Positions 18,214-26,686 of a stretch of DNA of 39,086 nt are shown in pieces. The stretch spans positions 1-39,086 of the forward strand of contig JBCBUK010000023.1 of assembly GCA_039818205.1 (NCBI GenBank), written 5' to 3'. A program made the position numbers and the translations under genes. The notes under the pieces are model-generated. The model had not been told where the DNA came from, made no database searches, and saw only the letters and a list, made by a program, of their open reading frames with translations. Each line of letters begins with the position of its first letter. Position 1 is the stretch's first letter. The DNA comes from Verrucomicrobiota bacterium (GTDB lineage: Bacteria > Verrucomicrobiota > Verrucomicrobiia > Opitutales > Cerasicoccaceae).

Positions 18214-19248
18214 ATGAGCGACTCCAACCCTGACCAAGAACGGAAGCGTCTTGAAGAAATCGCCGCCAAACTCCCTGGCGAAGTCGTATCTCGAGAAGTT
18301 GCATTCCCCAAAAAACGCCAGCGACCTAAGGCACGCCTGCCTGAACCGGTTCGCCAAAAAATCGAGGATGAGACCTCGAAAGACGCGGCCTCCGACTCCG
18401 CTGCAGATGCAGCCGCCAAGTCTGCGGAAAAGCCAAAATTTAAAGTCACTCGCTCGCCATTTGCTCCTCGCATTGACCAGCCGGCCAAGACCATTGAGCC
18501 GGAGACGTCCACTAGCTGGACGGATGATGAGGAAGAAGCAAAGCCCGCTGCCAAAGCTCCTGTAGCCAAAACGCCGGAACCAAAGGCCAAGGCTGAGCCC
18601 AAACCACTTCCAACCAAACTCGAGGTCACCAAGCCGGCTCCTACCAAGGTAGAACCTGCTGCCAAGGAAGCTCCTAAGCCAACTCCAGTTGAGAAAAAGG
18701 CAGAGCCCAAGGCACCCGAGGTCGCGAAGCCAGCCGCTAAAAAGGTTGAAGAGGAGCCAGCAGACAACATCACGCCTTTCATGCCAGAGCCGGCAAAGGC
18801 TCCTGCAGCCAAGCGCGAAGTAACTCCCGCGCCGAAAAAGGTCGAGGAACCAGCGCCCAAGAAGGAAGAAAAGCCAGCGGCAAAAGCGGCACCGATTTCT
18901 CCGAAAAAAGAGGAAAAGCCCGCAGCCAAAGCATCGCCCATCTCTCCGAAGAAGGCAGCTCCGACCAAACTTCCGGTTCAGCCTGCAGCGAAGACCGAGG
19001 AGAAGCCAGCCGAAGAGAAACCGGCCGAAGCTCCCGCTACTTCCCCGACTCGTTTGCCAAAACCCGCAGCCGCCGCTCCAAAGGCAGCACCGCGCCCCAA
19101 AGCAGCCCCGACTCAGGTTCGCCACGGTCACGAAGAAGAGATCGAAGAGGAAGAAAGCGTCAGTTTCGCGTGGGTTGCAGTTGACGCAATTGCCGCAGCG
19201 GTTTCTCTTGTTTTCGCAGTGCTCGTGTTTATGAATTCGGGTCTGTAA
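18214..19248 (+). CDS. Pro/Ala/Lys/Glu-rich disordered protein with C-terminal membrane anchor
   Basis: Low-complexity P/A/K/E body, acidic EEEIEEEE stretch, terminal hydrophobic helix. Same strand as its neighbours. Confidence 0.8.
   Translation: MSDSNPDQERKRLEEIAAKLPGEVVSREVAFPKKRQRPKARLPEPVRQKIEDETSKDAASDSAADAAAKSAEKPKFKVTRSPFAPRIDQPAKTIEPETSTSWTDDEEEAKPAAKAPVAKTPEPKAKAEPKPLPTKLEVTKPAPTKVEPAAKEAPKPTPVEKKAEPKAPEVAKPAAKKVEEEPADNITPFMPEPAKAPAAKREVTPAPKKVEEPAPKKEEKPAAKAAPISPKKEEKPAAKASPISPKKAAPTKLPVQPAAKTEEKPAEEKPAEAPATSPTRLPKPAAAAPKAAPRPKAAPTQVRHGHEEEIEEEESVSFAWVAVDAIAAAVSLVFAVLVFMNSGL
18856..18954 (+). repeat. Intragenic 45-nt tandem repeat (about 2.2 copies)
   Basis: Encodes PKKEEKPAAKAAPIS-PKKEEKPAAKASPIS-PKK. 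Synonymous positions have diverged. Confidence 0.75.
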
Positions 19249-19277
19249 GGAACGCTTGAGGCAAACGACTTATAAAC

Positions 19278-19607
19278 ATGGCATCTGAGAAAATACATAA
19301 TCTCTCCACCGACACCTTTGATGGTGTAGTGAACGAAGCAGCCACGCTGGTTCTCGTCGACTTCTGGGCACCCTGGTGTGGCCCTTGTAAGGCGATCGCA
19401 CCGATCCTGGACGAACTAGCCGACGAAATGGACGGCAAGGTTCAAATCTGCAAGGTGGACGTTGACAATAACAGCGAGCTCGCTGGCAAATATAACGTGC
19501 GGGCGATTCCAACTATGCTTGTTTTCAAGAACGGCAGCGTGGTTGATCAAATCGTCGGTATGACGAGCAAAGCTGATCTCAGCGCTAAGTTAGAGGCTCA
19601 AGCCTAA
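19278..19607 (+). CDS. trxA: Thioredoxin
   Basis: LVDFWAPWCGPCK active site and cis-Pro motif AIPT. 109 aa. Confidence 0.97.
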   Translation: MASEKIHNLSTDTFDGVVNEAATLVLVDFWAPWCGPCKAIAPILDELADEMDGKVQICKVDVDNNSELAGKYNVRAIPTMLVFKNGSVVDQIVGMTSKADLSAKLEAQA

Positions 19608-19639
19608 GAAGACCCCGAGTCACTAATACTAACTTTCTG

Positions 19640-19673
19640 ATCCCGCATTCCTCGCGAATGCGGGATTCTTTTT
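19640..19673 (+). terminator. Rho-independent terminator of trxA
   Basis: ATCCCGCATTC-ctcgc-GAATGCGGGAT perfect 11-bp stem followed by TCTTTTT. Confidence 0.88.
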
Positions 19674-19737
19674 GTCCAATTGAATAGGGCCAAACACATA
19701 GCTGGATTAGGCCCTCTCAAGGCATAGAAATCAGTAC

Positions 19738-19773
19738 AAAAAGAGTCCCCGCCGAACGACTCGGGCGGGGACT
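19738..19773 (-). terminator. Minus-strand Rho-independent terminator
   Basis: AGTCCCCGCC-N10-GGCGGGGACT perfect 10-bp stem, followed on the minus strand by CTTTTT. Confidence 0.85.
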
Positions 19774-19774
19774 G

Positions 19775-19802
19775 GCTGCTACTACTACTACTGCTACTAC
19801 TG
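19775..19802. repeat. Imperfect trinucleotide repeat (CTR)9
   Basis: g-ctg-cta-cta-cta-cta-ctg-cta-cta-ctg read directly from the sequence. Confidence 0.9.
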
Positions 19803-20018
19803 ACTGAAATGATGGGTTTTATCCCAACAATTATTTCGTCAATATATTAATCGACTTGTTCCGAAAAACCTTTCGCAATTATGCGAATTTTTTCCGGAAA
19901 AAGGTGTTTTTTAAACAAGGGCTGCCAGTTGATAATCAACTATCGCGAAACCCTAAGGACTATAATTTAGTCCTTACAATCAAATTCCTGGATCCCAATA
20001 CCGAAACTGGCCCCAGAT

Positions 20019-20213
20019 CTAATTATCGTATCCGACTGGCTCGTCGTCAGATAGGTATTTGAACTCGTCTGCCTGACGCTGAGTTTCATAATCGAGGACC
20101 TTCTTTTCCTTCTCGTAGGTCGCGCGCTGCTCAGGGGTCACCTGAGCCGATTCACAGCCACTAAGAGCAACGAATGCCAAAATTGAAGAGAGAAACGATA
20201 CGGATATTTTCAC
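20019..20213 (-). CDS. Small lipoprotein, last gene of the ccs operon
   Basis: MKISVSFLSSILAFVALSG|C lipobox. Its GTG overlaps the ccsA stop codon (GTGA). Confidence 0.7.
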   Translation of the reverse strand: MKISVSFLSSILAFVALSGCESAQVTPEQRATYEKEKKVLDYETQRQADEFKYLSDDEPVGYDN

Positions 20214-22024
20214 GACTTAGTCAGTTTACTTCCCCAAAACTTAATCGGAGTCAAGCCGATGGCAATCACCAAGACCTGGCTGAACCAAAAGATCATCAGC
20301 CAACGGAAGGCAGCATCCATAAACCCATACGAGTGCAACCCGATGCCCAACATATTGGTCCCAAACCAACTCCAAGCGGTGATGATATTGCCAAAAATGG
20401 CCAAAAGCATAAATCCACGAGCCTTCACCAGACCGCCCCAGCGCGCGTGTAACATCAAGGCGCCCCAGAGAACGATCAGTAGCGCACCATTTTCCTTAGG
20501 GTCCCATCCCCAGAAACGGCCCCAGCTTTGGTCCGCCCAGATTCCCCCAAGCATAGTCCCGACAAAGCTGAACAGAATACCGAAGCACGTGATCCCGTAG
20601 CACATCCGGTAGAGAGTCGAGGCCATGTCTTTCGTAATACCCGGCGTCAACACGCCGCCGATCACATACAAGATTCCGAGGCCACCGGCCAAAAATACAG
20701 CACTGTAGCCCGCGGTAATGATGATCACGTGAGTAGCCAGCCAGAAATTCGAATCGAGAACTGCCTGCATCATCTCCAATGTGTCTCCCGAGAGACTCAA
20801 ATTATGCGCGATTACGAGCGTACTAAAACCAACAAGGGCGGACACGAAGCTCCCCAAGCCATTCTTGCCGATCTTCTCAAGAACGATGCCCAAAATAATC
20901 GCAACCCAACCCACAAATATGGCCGATGAGTAAAGATTCGTTACCGGCGGCCGTTCTTGAATGTACATTCGGGCGAATAATGCAAAGGTATGAACCGCAA
21001 ATGCCCAGCATAGGAGCCAGAACGCCGATTTCTGTAAGGTCGACGAACCATTCAACCAATACACGGCAACCAGGAGCATGATAATCACATAGATGATGCT
21101 CGCTTGGTAAAATGGTTCAAGGCGGTTAAAGAACTGCTCAAATCCGACGCGTCCAGTATCATAGTCGGGCTCGAGTAAGGTCTGAAGCTCCTCAGCCTCC
21201 GATAGGAAGGCCGCTGCATCGCCGTCAATGTAGGCGGTACCCATATTCCCATAACCACCGACAACTGGATTCAGTTCGCCCGTGCGAATCGTCTCGAGAA
21301 GCGCCTCACCAATGTTCAACCAAGCCTCAGGATTCTCGGCGTTCTCCGGCGGCGGAGCGATACCCAGTTTCGCAGTTCCTGATATGCGCATGTAATACTG
21401 TGCGAGGCTAAGGAAAGGCACCAAAACTTCCTCGTTGTAGGTCTCACCACGTTCACGGCGACCAAACTCTTCGGCACCTGGAATCGCGATCTGCGGCCAG
21501 ACAGCGTATTCTGGCCCGGGGTCAAAAGACGTGCCGATCTGGTTGTAGAACATCAGCGAGTTGGCGAGCTTTAGCAGGGCTTTGTCGAATGCGTTTCGCT
21601 GCTTCGGCTCTTCAGGAACCTGACGAGTTTGTTGATCGATTATCGTAAAGTGAGGCTCCAACTCATTCCATGAGAAATACTTGCGATCTTTTTGCTCCCA
21701 TCCAAAGAGCCCCAGAACATCGGGATTATCAATCCGAAAAACGGGGTAGTCGTCGGCTACACTTGGTTTGAAAGCGAGATCCAAGAGCCATTGGTCTGCG
21801 GTAACCTTCTCACCGTCCGAGGTCTTGACCGTCGTCTTTCCCTGTAAGACCCGTAAGCTATTCCGTGCAATCGAATCCAGAGGAAGGACTCTCCCCCCGC
21901 TTTGGACCGGCAATTTGGCAAATGCCGCTACATCAAACTCTCCCTTACTAGCGTTCTTAAATAGGCCGCTAAGAGTGATTAGGATGCCAAGGGCAAGCGC
22001 GATATGGGGAATGTATTTCTTCAT
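20210..22024 (-). CDS. ccsA: System II cytochrome c biogenesis protein CcsA/ResC with large N-terminal periplasmic domain
   Basis: WWD motif WADQSWGRFWGWDPKE, RPPVTNLY, VLDSNFWLATH and GLHSY heme-ligand histidines. Confidence 0.92.
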   Translation of the reverse strand: MKKYIPHIALALGILITLSGLFKNASKGEFDVAAFAKLPVQSGGRVLPLDSIARNSLRVLQGKTTVKTSDGEKVTADQWLLDLAFKPSVADDYPVFRIDNPDVLGLFGWEQKDRKYFSWNELEPHFTIIDQQTRQVPEEPKQRNAFDKALLKLANSLMFYNQIGTSFDPGPEYAVWPQIAIPGAEEFGRRERGETYNEEVLVPFLSLAQYYMRISGTAKLGIAPPPENAENPEAWLNIGEALLETIRTGELNPVVGGYGNMGTAYIDGDAAAFLSEAEELQTLLEPDYDTGRVGFEQFFNRLEPFYQASIIYVIIMLLVAVYWLNGSSTLQKSAFWLLCWAFAVHTFALFARMYIQERPPVTNLYSSAIFVGWVAIILGIVLEKIGKNGLGSFVSALVGFSTLVIAHNLSLSGDTLEMMQAVLDSNFWLATHVIIITAGYSAVFLAGGLGILYVIGGVLTPGITKDMASTLYRMCYGITCFGILFSFVGTMLGGIWADQSWGRFWGWDPKENGALLIVLWGALMLHARWGGLVKARGFMLLAIFGNIITAWSWFGTNMLGIGLHSYGFMDAAFRWLMIFWFSQVLVIAIGLTPIKFWGSKLTKS

Positions 22025-23373
22025 GCCGCTGCTTTCTTTTTAAGGCGGGAGACAAAGCGTGAGAGGCTAATCCCAAATTGAATGGTCATCCCAAGACCAA
22101 CCATCAGGACTGCCCAGTATGGCAACGTCCAATAAGGATTGCGGACGACCTGCAGGATAGACGTCTTATCTTCGTTGGCAAAGCTCGCCTGGAAAAAGGT
22201 CAGCCCTTCGTAGCGCAACGGATGATTCATATAAATGAGCACCGGCCGATTCTCACCCGTCTCAGGATTATCGATGACGACATCACTGGAAAAATTCTTC
22301 GGAATCTGCGTCCCCGGATAGAGATCGTGTTTAAAGTCTTCGAGCTGCAGTGTGTAAGGCAGATAGTGGCGTTTGAACCGAACCGCGATATCGTAGCGTT
22401 TGCCTTCGTACACAAAGCCTTGTGGAGGAATGCCGGGACCAAAGCCCGAGCTCAGCAACCAGCTTCCCTGCGACTTTCCGCCAGGAGCAATCACCTCCAC
22501 AACGGCGGCACCCAGGTTGCGCTCATCTTGGGCGAACGTTGGCGGCTGCTCCTGCAAGATGCCACCCATCCGCGGTGCAAAACCCTTCAATTCTAGGCCG
22601 TCCGAGCGCAAGATTGGCGCGCCATCCTCTGCTATCACAATGACTGAGGGATCGCTCAAACTGGTGATCGAGCGATTGACTTGGCGAAACTGCGACTCGC
22701 TCATGTTGGCGCCACCTGATGCCATCTGCTGATATTGCCCCAGAAGCGAAGCCCGCATCCCGGCACCGGCATTTTGCATCGCTGCGTGAGGGATGACCTT
22801 AAAACCGTTGGGCAACTCGATCGGTTTGCCGGAGTAAAGCATCGTAAAGGGAACGCTGGTAACGATATCGTCGGTCGCACCAGAGCGGTCAATCAGGACC
22901 AATTCCTCGTGGTGAAATGAGGTAGAGTAGTTGACCGGGGGTCCCCCCTCGTCCAGCTGCATATTGCTCTCTTCTTGCATGGCCGCGGTCAGAAAGCCGC
23001 TCACGAGCAAGAGAAGAACGCCGAAGTGCAAGACTACGATACCGACCTTTTTCCAGGATGGCTTAAAGTAGCGGAAGTGGGCGCAGGTCAAGTTGACCAA
23101 AAGTAGCGCACCAAGCGTCTTGCCGCCCGGCAACGGGAAAACAATGTGGGCCAGGTCGGGATCAAAAAAATGGGACGTGAATACCTTGAAAAGCGAAAGA
23201 AAAGGCGTGAGTACATACCAGCTCTCAAAGTAGAGCTCTTGCGTGTGGTGAATGCCCCACTGAACCTGATCCAAAGTTCCAAAGAAGACCAAGACAATCG
23301 AAAAGAATAACAGCGCGACTGTTAGACCCAAGGATCCGAAAAACCGGAATACAGAACTAAAAAGCGAGTTCAT
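22021..23373 (-). CDS. resB: System II cytochrome c biogenesis protein ResB/CcsB-like
   Basis: Three N-terminal TM helices with HFGVLLLL, F..DLYPGTQIPKNFSSDV, MNHPLRYEGLTFFQASF and a C-terminal TM. ATGA overlap with ccsA. Confidence 0.82.
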   Translation of the reverse strand: MNSLFSSVFRFFGSLGLTVALLFFSIVLVFFGTLDQVQWGIHHTQELYFESWYVLTPFLSLFKVFTSHFFDPDLAHIVFPLPGGKTLGALLLVNLTCAHFRYFKPSWKKVGIVVLHFGVLLLLVSGFLTAAMQEESNMQLDEGGPPVNYSTSFHHEELVLIDRSGATDDIVTSVPFTMLYSGKPIELPNGFKVIPHAAMQNAGAGMRASLLGQYQQMASGGANMSESQFRQVNRSITSLSDPSVIVIAEDGAPILRSDGLELKGFAPRMGGILQEQPPTFAQDERNLGAAVVEVIAPGGKSQGSWLLSSGFGPGIPPQGFVYEGKRYDIAVRFKRHYLPYTLQLEDFKHDLYPGTQIPKNFSSDVVIDNPETGENRPVLIYMNHPLRYEGLTFFQASFANEDKTSILQVVRNPYWTLPYWAVLMVGLGMTIQFGISLSRFVSRLKKKAAA

Positions 23374-23376
23374 TCC

Positions 23377-24027
23377 TTAGTTCGCGGGAGGAAACGAAAC
23401 CGAGGACAGGAACTGGCTGAATGATCCTCGTTCGGTATTAACCAGGCTCGTTGGGCCTTGCATTTTGAAAAACCAAGTGCCGCCTCCGCGGGGTACGATT
23501 GCTCCCAAAATCGATTGACCTTTGGGGCCATCCAACTGAACCAAATGTGCATGTGCATCTCCAACATCCAAATGTTGCATTTCCGATGCCAGTTTATCTT
23601 GAGTGACTGGAGAAAGACCAATTTGGCCGCGCCAGCGATTGACGTTGGCGAGGTCGCCTCCGACATCACCCGGGAACACAGTGACCGAAACATCGGCTGT
23701 TCCATTGGCACGGGTGACCTTCCAAGAACCCTTGCGAATCGACCCCAATGGCTGGGCTGTCCAGCCGCTAGGTGCCTGCCATTCGGGCGTCACAAAAGCG
23801 CCTGCTTGAGCCGCCATGCCAGGAAGCGCCGTCATTCCGGAGCCGGAAGCGCCTGCAAATGGCGGCGTTGGCTGGGCGGGAGCAACATTTTCCTGAGCGA
23901 CGGATTCCGCGGTCGGTTCTTGCTGATCCTTTGGTACCTTGTAGGTCTCAACCTCAGGTTTGGGCTCACAACCCACAACCATGAATCCAACAACGACTGC
24001 GGCCGCGACTGACTTTACGAGACTCAT
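23377..24027 (-). CDS. Uncharacterised lipoprotein heading the ccs operon
   Basis: Lipobox VVG|C, Pro/Ala linker and a globular domain (WQAPSGW...GGDLANVNRWRGQIG...WFFKMQG). Ends 3 bp before resB. ATG at 24027 preferred. Confidence 0.78.
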   Translation of the reverse strand: MSLVKSVAAAVVVGFMVVGCEPKPEVETYKVPKDQQEPTAESVAQENVAPAQPTPPFAGASGSGMTALPGMAAQAGAFVTPEWQAPSGWTAQPLGSIRKGSWKVTRANGTADVSVTVFPGDVGGDLANVNRWRGQIGLSPVTQDKLASEMQHLDVGDAHAHLVQLDGPKGQSILGAIVPRGGGTWFFKMQGPTSLVNTERGSFSQFLSSVSFPPAN

Positions 24028-24106
24028 AAACGGCAAACCATTGACCAGCGGGAGAAAAGGTCAAGGCGAACCGAATTATGAGAGCCCAGCTAATATCAAT
24101 AATTAG

Positions 24107-24781
24107 CTACGCTTGAGACGGTTCTACCAGATTCAAGAACTCTTCCGCGAAGGTGAGCAGGTCCGGGTAGACTCCTTCGGCTGCCGGATTGCACTTCTTT
24201 AACTCGTCGACGTCGTGGCTGCCAGTGCCAACGGCATAACACCGAATGCCCCCCGCATGGGCCGCATCGATATCAAATGGAGAATCTCCGACCAAAATTG
24301 TTGTCTCTGGATTAGCCCCAAGGCGCTCGAGCGCGTATTGCGTAAACTCTGGTTCAGGTTTTCGCCAAGCGGTGTCGTAGGTTCCTATGATGTCGTCCAG
24401 ATACTGTTCGAGACCGAGGTGATGGAGAATCTTTCGCGAGTTCTCGCCGTGCTTGTTGGTAAAAACGGCCGTCTGACGATTGTTCGCCTTGAGCTCCTTC
24501 ACCAGCCATTCCGCACCGGGAAGCAAATGCAGATCCTCGAGCATAATCTCGTTGAAATGCTCACGAAATAGACCCTCCCCTTGCTCAGCCAGATCTTGGC
24601 CCAACAGACGCCCCATCGTCACCCGCACTGAGCCACCGACCGTTGCCCGCACCGTCTCGTAGGTCACGGGCTCGAGGTCGAGTTTCTCGATCGCATAGCA
24701 ATAGCACCGATAGATACACTGGAAGTGATCGATCAGCGTGCCATCCAAATCGAAGAGTACTGTTTCAACGTCCTGACGCAT
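24107..24781 (-). CDS. HAD-superfamily hydrolase (phosphoglycolate phosphatase-like)
   Basis: FDLDGTLID, FTNK, KPEP and VGDSPFDI motifs. Confidence 0.9.
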   Translation of the reverse strand: MRQDVETVLFDLDGTLIDHFQCIYRCYCYAIEKLDLEPVTYETVRATVGGSVRVTMGRLLGQDLAEQGEGLFREHFNEIMLEDLHLLPGAEWLVKELKANNRQTAVFTNKHGENSRKILHHLGLEQYLDDIIGTYDTAWRKPEPEFTQYALERLGANPETTILVGDSPFDIDAAHAGGIRCYAVGTGSHDVDELKKCNPAAEGVYPDLLTFAEEFLNLVEPSQA

Positions 24782-24828
24782 AACTTTCCTCAGTGCGGTA
24801 TCGAATCCAAAGCAGGCTGTGCGGACAA

Positions 24829-26571
24829 TTACTCCGCGTCCGGCCCAAAGGTTTGAGCTTCCAACTCAGCTTGTTCGATTCGCTTTTGTGCCTCCATGAT
24901 CTTCACGATGGAACTGAGGGGAGCAGAAAGTGTCGCCTTGGCGCGGCCATTACCGAGTGTGACACCGCCAGCGGCTGGCTCGAGATCGGCACTGCTCAGG
25001 TCTTTATAGACCTGCTTGGCACTTTGGCTCTGCATCGAATTGGACTCGATCATCATATCGATGAGTGGCTTAAAATCGATCTGGTAGCCCATCGCCTCGC
25101 CCGACGCTAGCTCGATACGAGACGCCGCGTTGTTCTCGACAGCTTTTCCACCCGCAACCACCTTTGCCAGCGCTTTGAGCGCGTCGATATTGTTGGCGGT
25201 AACCACGTTACCATCCACCACGGCAAAATAGCTTTCTTCGGTTTCGTATTCGGGCTGGGCGTCATTCTCGTCTTCGTGCAGAGACAAGCCGGTATCAACC
25301 TTGATCTTAGAAATCATTTCGTTTATCGGATCACCAGCGACTTCACCAACGTTTTCCTTTAGCACGAACTCCGCCGCGGCCTCATCGGAAAATTGCATCT
25401 CAGCGAGGTGCTTTAGAACAGCTGGCAAGATATCGTCGTAGTAAGACTTCGAAATCTTGACGAGCTCGTCATTGGACAGATTGCCCGATGCTACCGAAGA
25501 GGAAATCGCTGCATCATTGTCAAAATCCAGGCTACCGGCGGTGCTATTGCCTGCTTTAGAGAAATAGATGGCGTTGGTCTGAGCCGCGCGCTTCAACAGC
25601 GCCTTGCCCTCGTCCGTCGCAAGCTTGAGCGCACGGTGATTCAAAACGCTATAATACTCAGCAACGGCTTTCATATCGATATTGGAAACATAGGTTATCG
25701 GCGCACTTGCGCTAACGAATTCACCCACTGTAGAACTGCCACCAGCTTTGGCTGAAAGCATTGTATATTCGGGGGTTCCCTCCAAGGCCTGTAATACGGT
25801 ACCCAAGGAGATCGCCTGGTTGTTGATATCGATCCCGAAATCGTAGTAGTCCAGATTCTCACCAATGGTCGCCAAAAAATCGATGTAACGCAGCTTAAAC
25901 CCGAGATCTTCGTCCTTCTCAGAACCACCACTCATTAGGTGCTCATCGGTTACTTCTTCTTTTAGCGTATTGACCCAGGTGCTCATCTTCTCGGGCCCGA
26001 TAAAGAAGCGGAAGGTTACGTCAAAGTCGTCAACCGACTTCCCCATGGCCGCGAGCTCCGAAACGTTCTTCACCAGCTTGAAGTTTTCAGGGCTACTCGA
26101 GAACAAGGTCCACCCGTCACGATCTTCCACGCTAAATCCTGGAGCAAGCATCGCTGCCATTGGATTACCGGGGTCCGCCTGCGCGGTGAGTGCATTGCGC
26201 AACGCAGCCGAGTCACTCATCTTGCTCAAAATCACGAACGGCATCTCTTCTGAGTCCGTCGAATCAAATAGGAAAACCGTCACCGGCTCTGTTTCGGAAA
26301 CACCCGCAAAGTTTGGGTAGCCAAACGCGCCCAGAAACAAGAGCGGCAACATCTCGGTCTCCTGCCCAGGGTTCACCTGTCGCGCTACGCCCATCAAGCT
26401 ATCCGTAAACGCCCGAACTGGCGGGAACTTAATCGCGGCCAAGACGTTGTCATTACCCTTGGAGCTACCAGCGTCCTGAGCGCCAGCAGAGAAAGGCAAA
26501 AGGGCAGCCGCCGCAATGATCGTTAATTGACGAATACGACGTTGAAAAACGGGTTTCACAATAAGATTCAT
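24829..26571 (-). CDS. Secreted hypothetical protein (about 580 aa)
   Basis: Long ORF with a basic n-region and signal peptide ending AGA|Q. ATG at 26571 preferred. No family recognised. Confidence 0.78.
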   Translation of the reverse strand: MNLIVKPVFQRRIRQLTIIAAAALLPFSAGAQDAGSSKGNDNVLAAIKFPPVRAFTDSLMGVARQVNPGQETEMLPLLFLGAFGYPNFAGVSETEPVTVFLFDSTDSEEMPFVILSKMSDSAALRNALTAQADPGNPMAAMLAPGFSVEDRDGWTLFSSSPENFKLVKNVSELAAMGKSVDDFDVTFRFFIGPEKMSTWVNTLKEEVTDEHLMSGGSEKDEDLGFKLRYIDFLATIGENLDYYDFGIDINNQAISLGTVLQALEGTPEYTMLSAKAGGSSTVGEFVSASAPITYVSNIDMKAVAEYYSVLNHRALKLATDEGKALLKRAAQTNAIYFSKAGNSTAGSLDFDNDAAISSSVASGNLSNDELVKISKSYYDDILPAVLKHLAEMQFSDEAAAEFVLKENVGEVAGDPINEMISKIKVDTGLSLHEDENDAQPEYETEESYFAVVDGNVVTANNIDALKALAKVVAGGKAVENNAASRIELASGEAMGYQIDFKPLIDMMIESNSMQSQSAKQVYKDLSSADLEPAAGGVTLGNGRAKATLSAPLSSIVKIMEAQKRIEQAELEAQTFGPDAE

Positions 26572-26686
26572 GCGAGGGTCTCTAGACAGATGCTGGACGG
26601 GTGACAAACCAATTCCTGAGACGGAGATTCGTTCGATGCAGGCTTTACAGAACCTTTAGGGTAAGGCAGAAGAATACTCCCTACTC

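Larger units (their letters stand above)
19738..19830 (-). ncRNA. Candidate small RNA with (U/C)AG triplet repeats (5' end unknown)
   Basis: Minus strand reads ...CAGUCAGUAGUAGCAGUAGUAGUAGUAGCAGCC followed by the terminator. It lies in a 411-bp gap between convergent genes, and no start-containing ORF was found over the repeat in the frames checked. Confidence 0.45.

Noticed and set aside
18165..19131. Long minus-strand ORFs of 267 and 310 aa
   Set aside because: Antisense shadows of the low-complexity P/A/K/E gene, which has few antisense stop codons.
19775..19802. CRISPR array or phase-variation tract
   Set aside because: No repeat-spacer structure and no cas genes. The repeat is imperfect and lies neither in a CDS nor in an evident promoter.
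19725..19850. Attenuator leader peptide in the triplet repeat (Leu9 on +; VVAVVVVAA or poly-Ser on -)
   Set aside because: Each of these frames meets an upstream stop with no ATG/GTG/TTG start, and no biosynthetic gene lies downstream of the terminator.
19856..20062. 68-aa plus-strand ORF in the trxA-ccs gap
   Set aside because: TTG start without RBS, runs through AT-rich palindromic DNA and overlaps the lipoprotein gene antisense.
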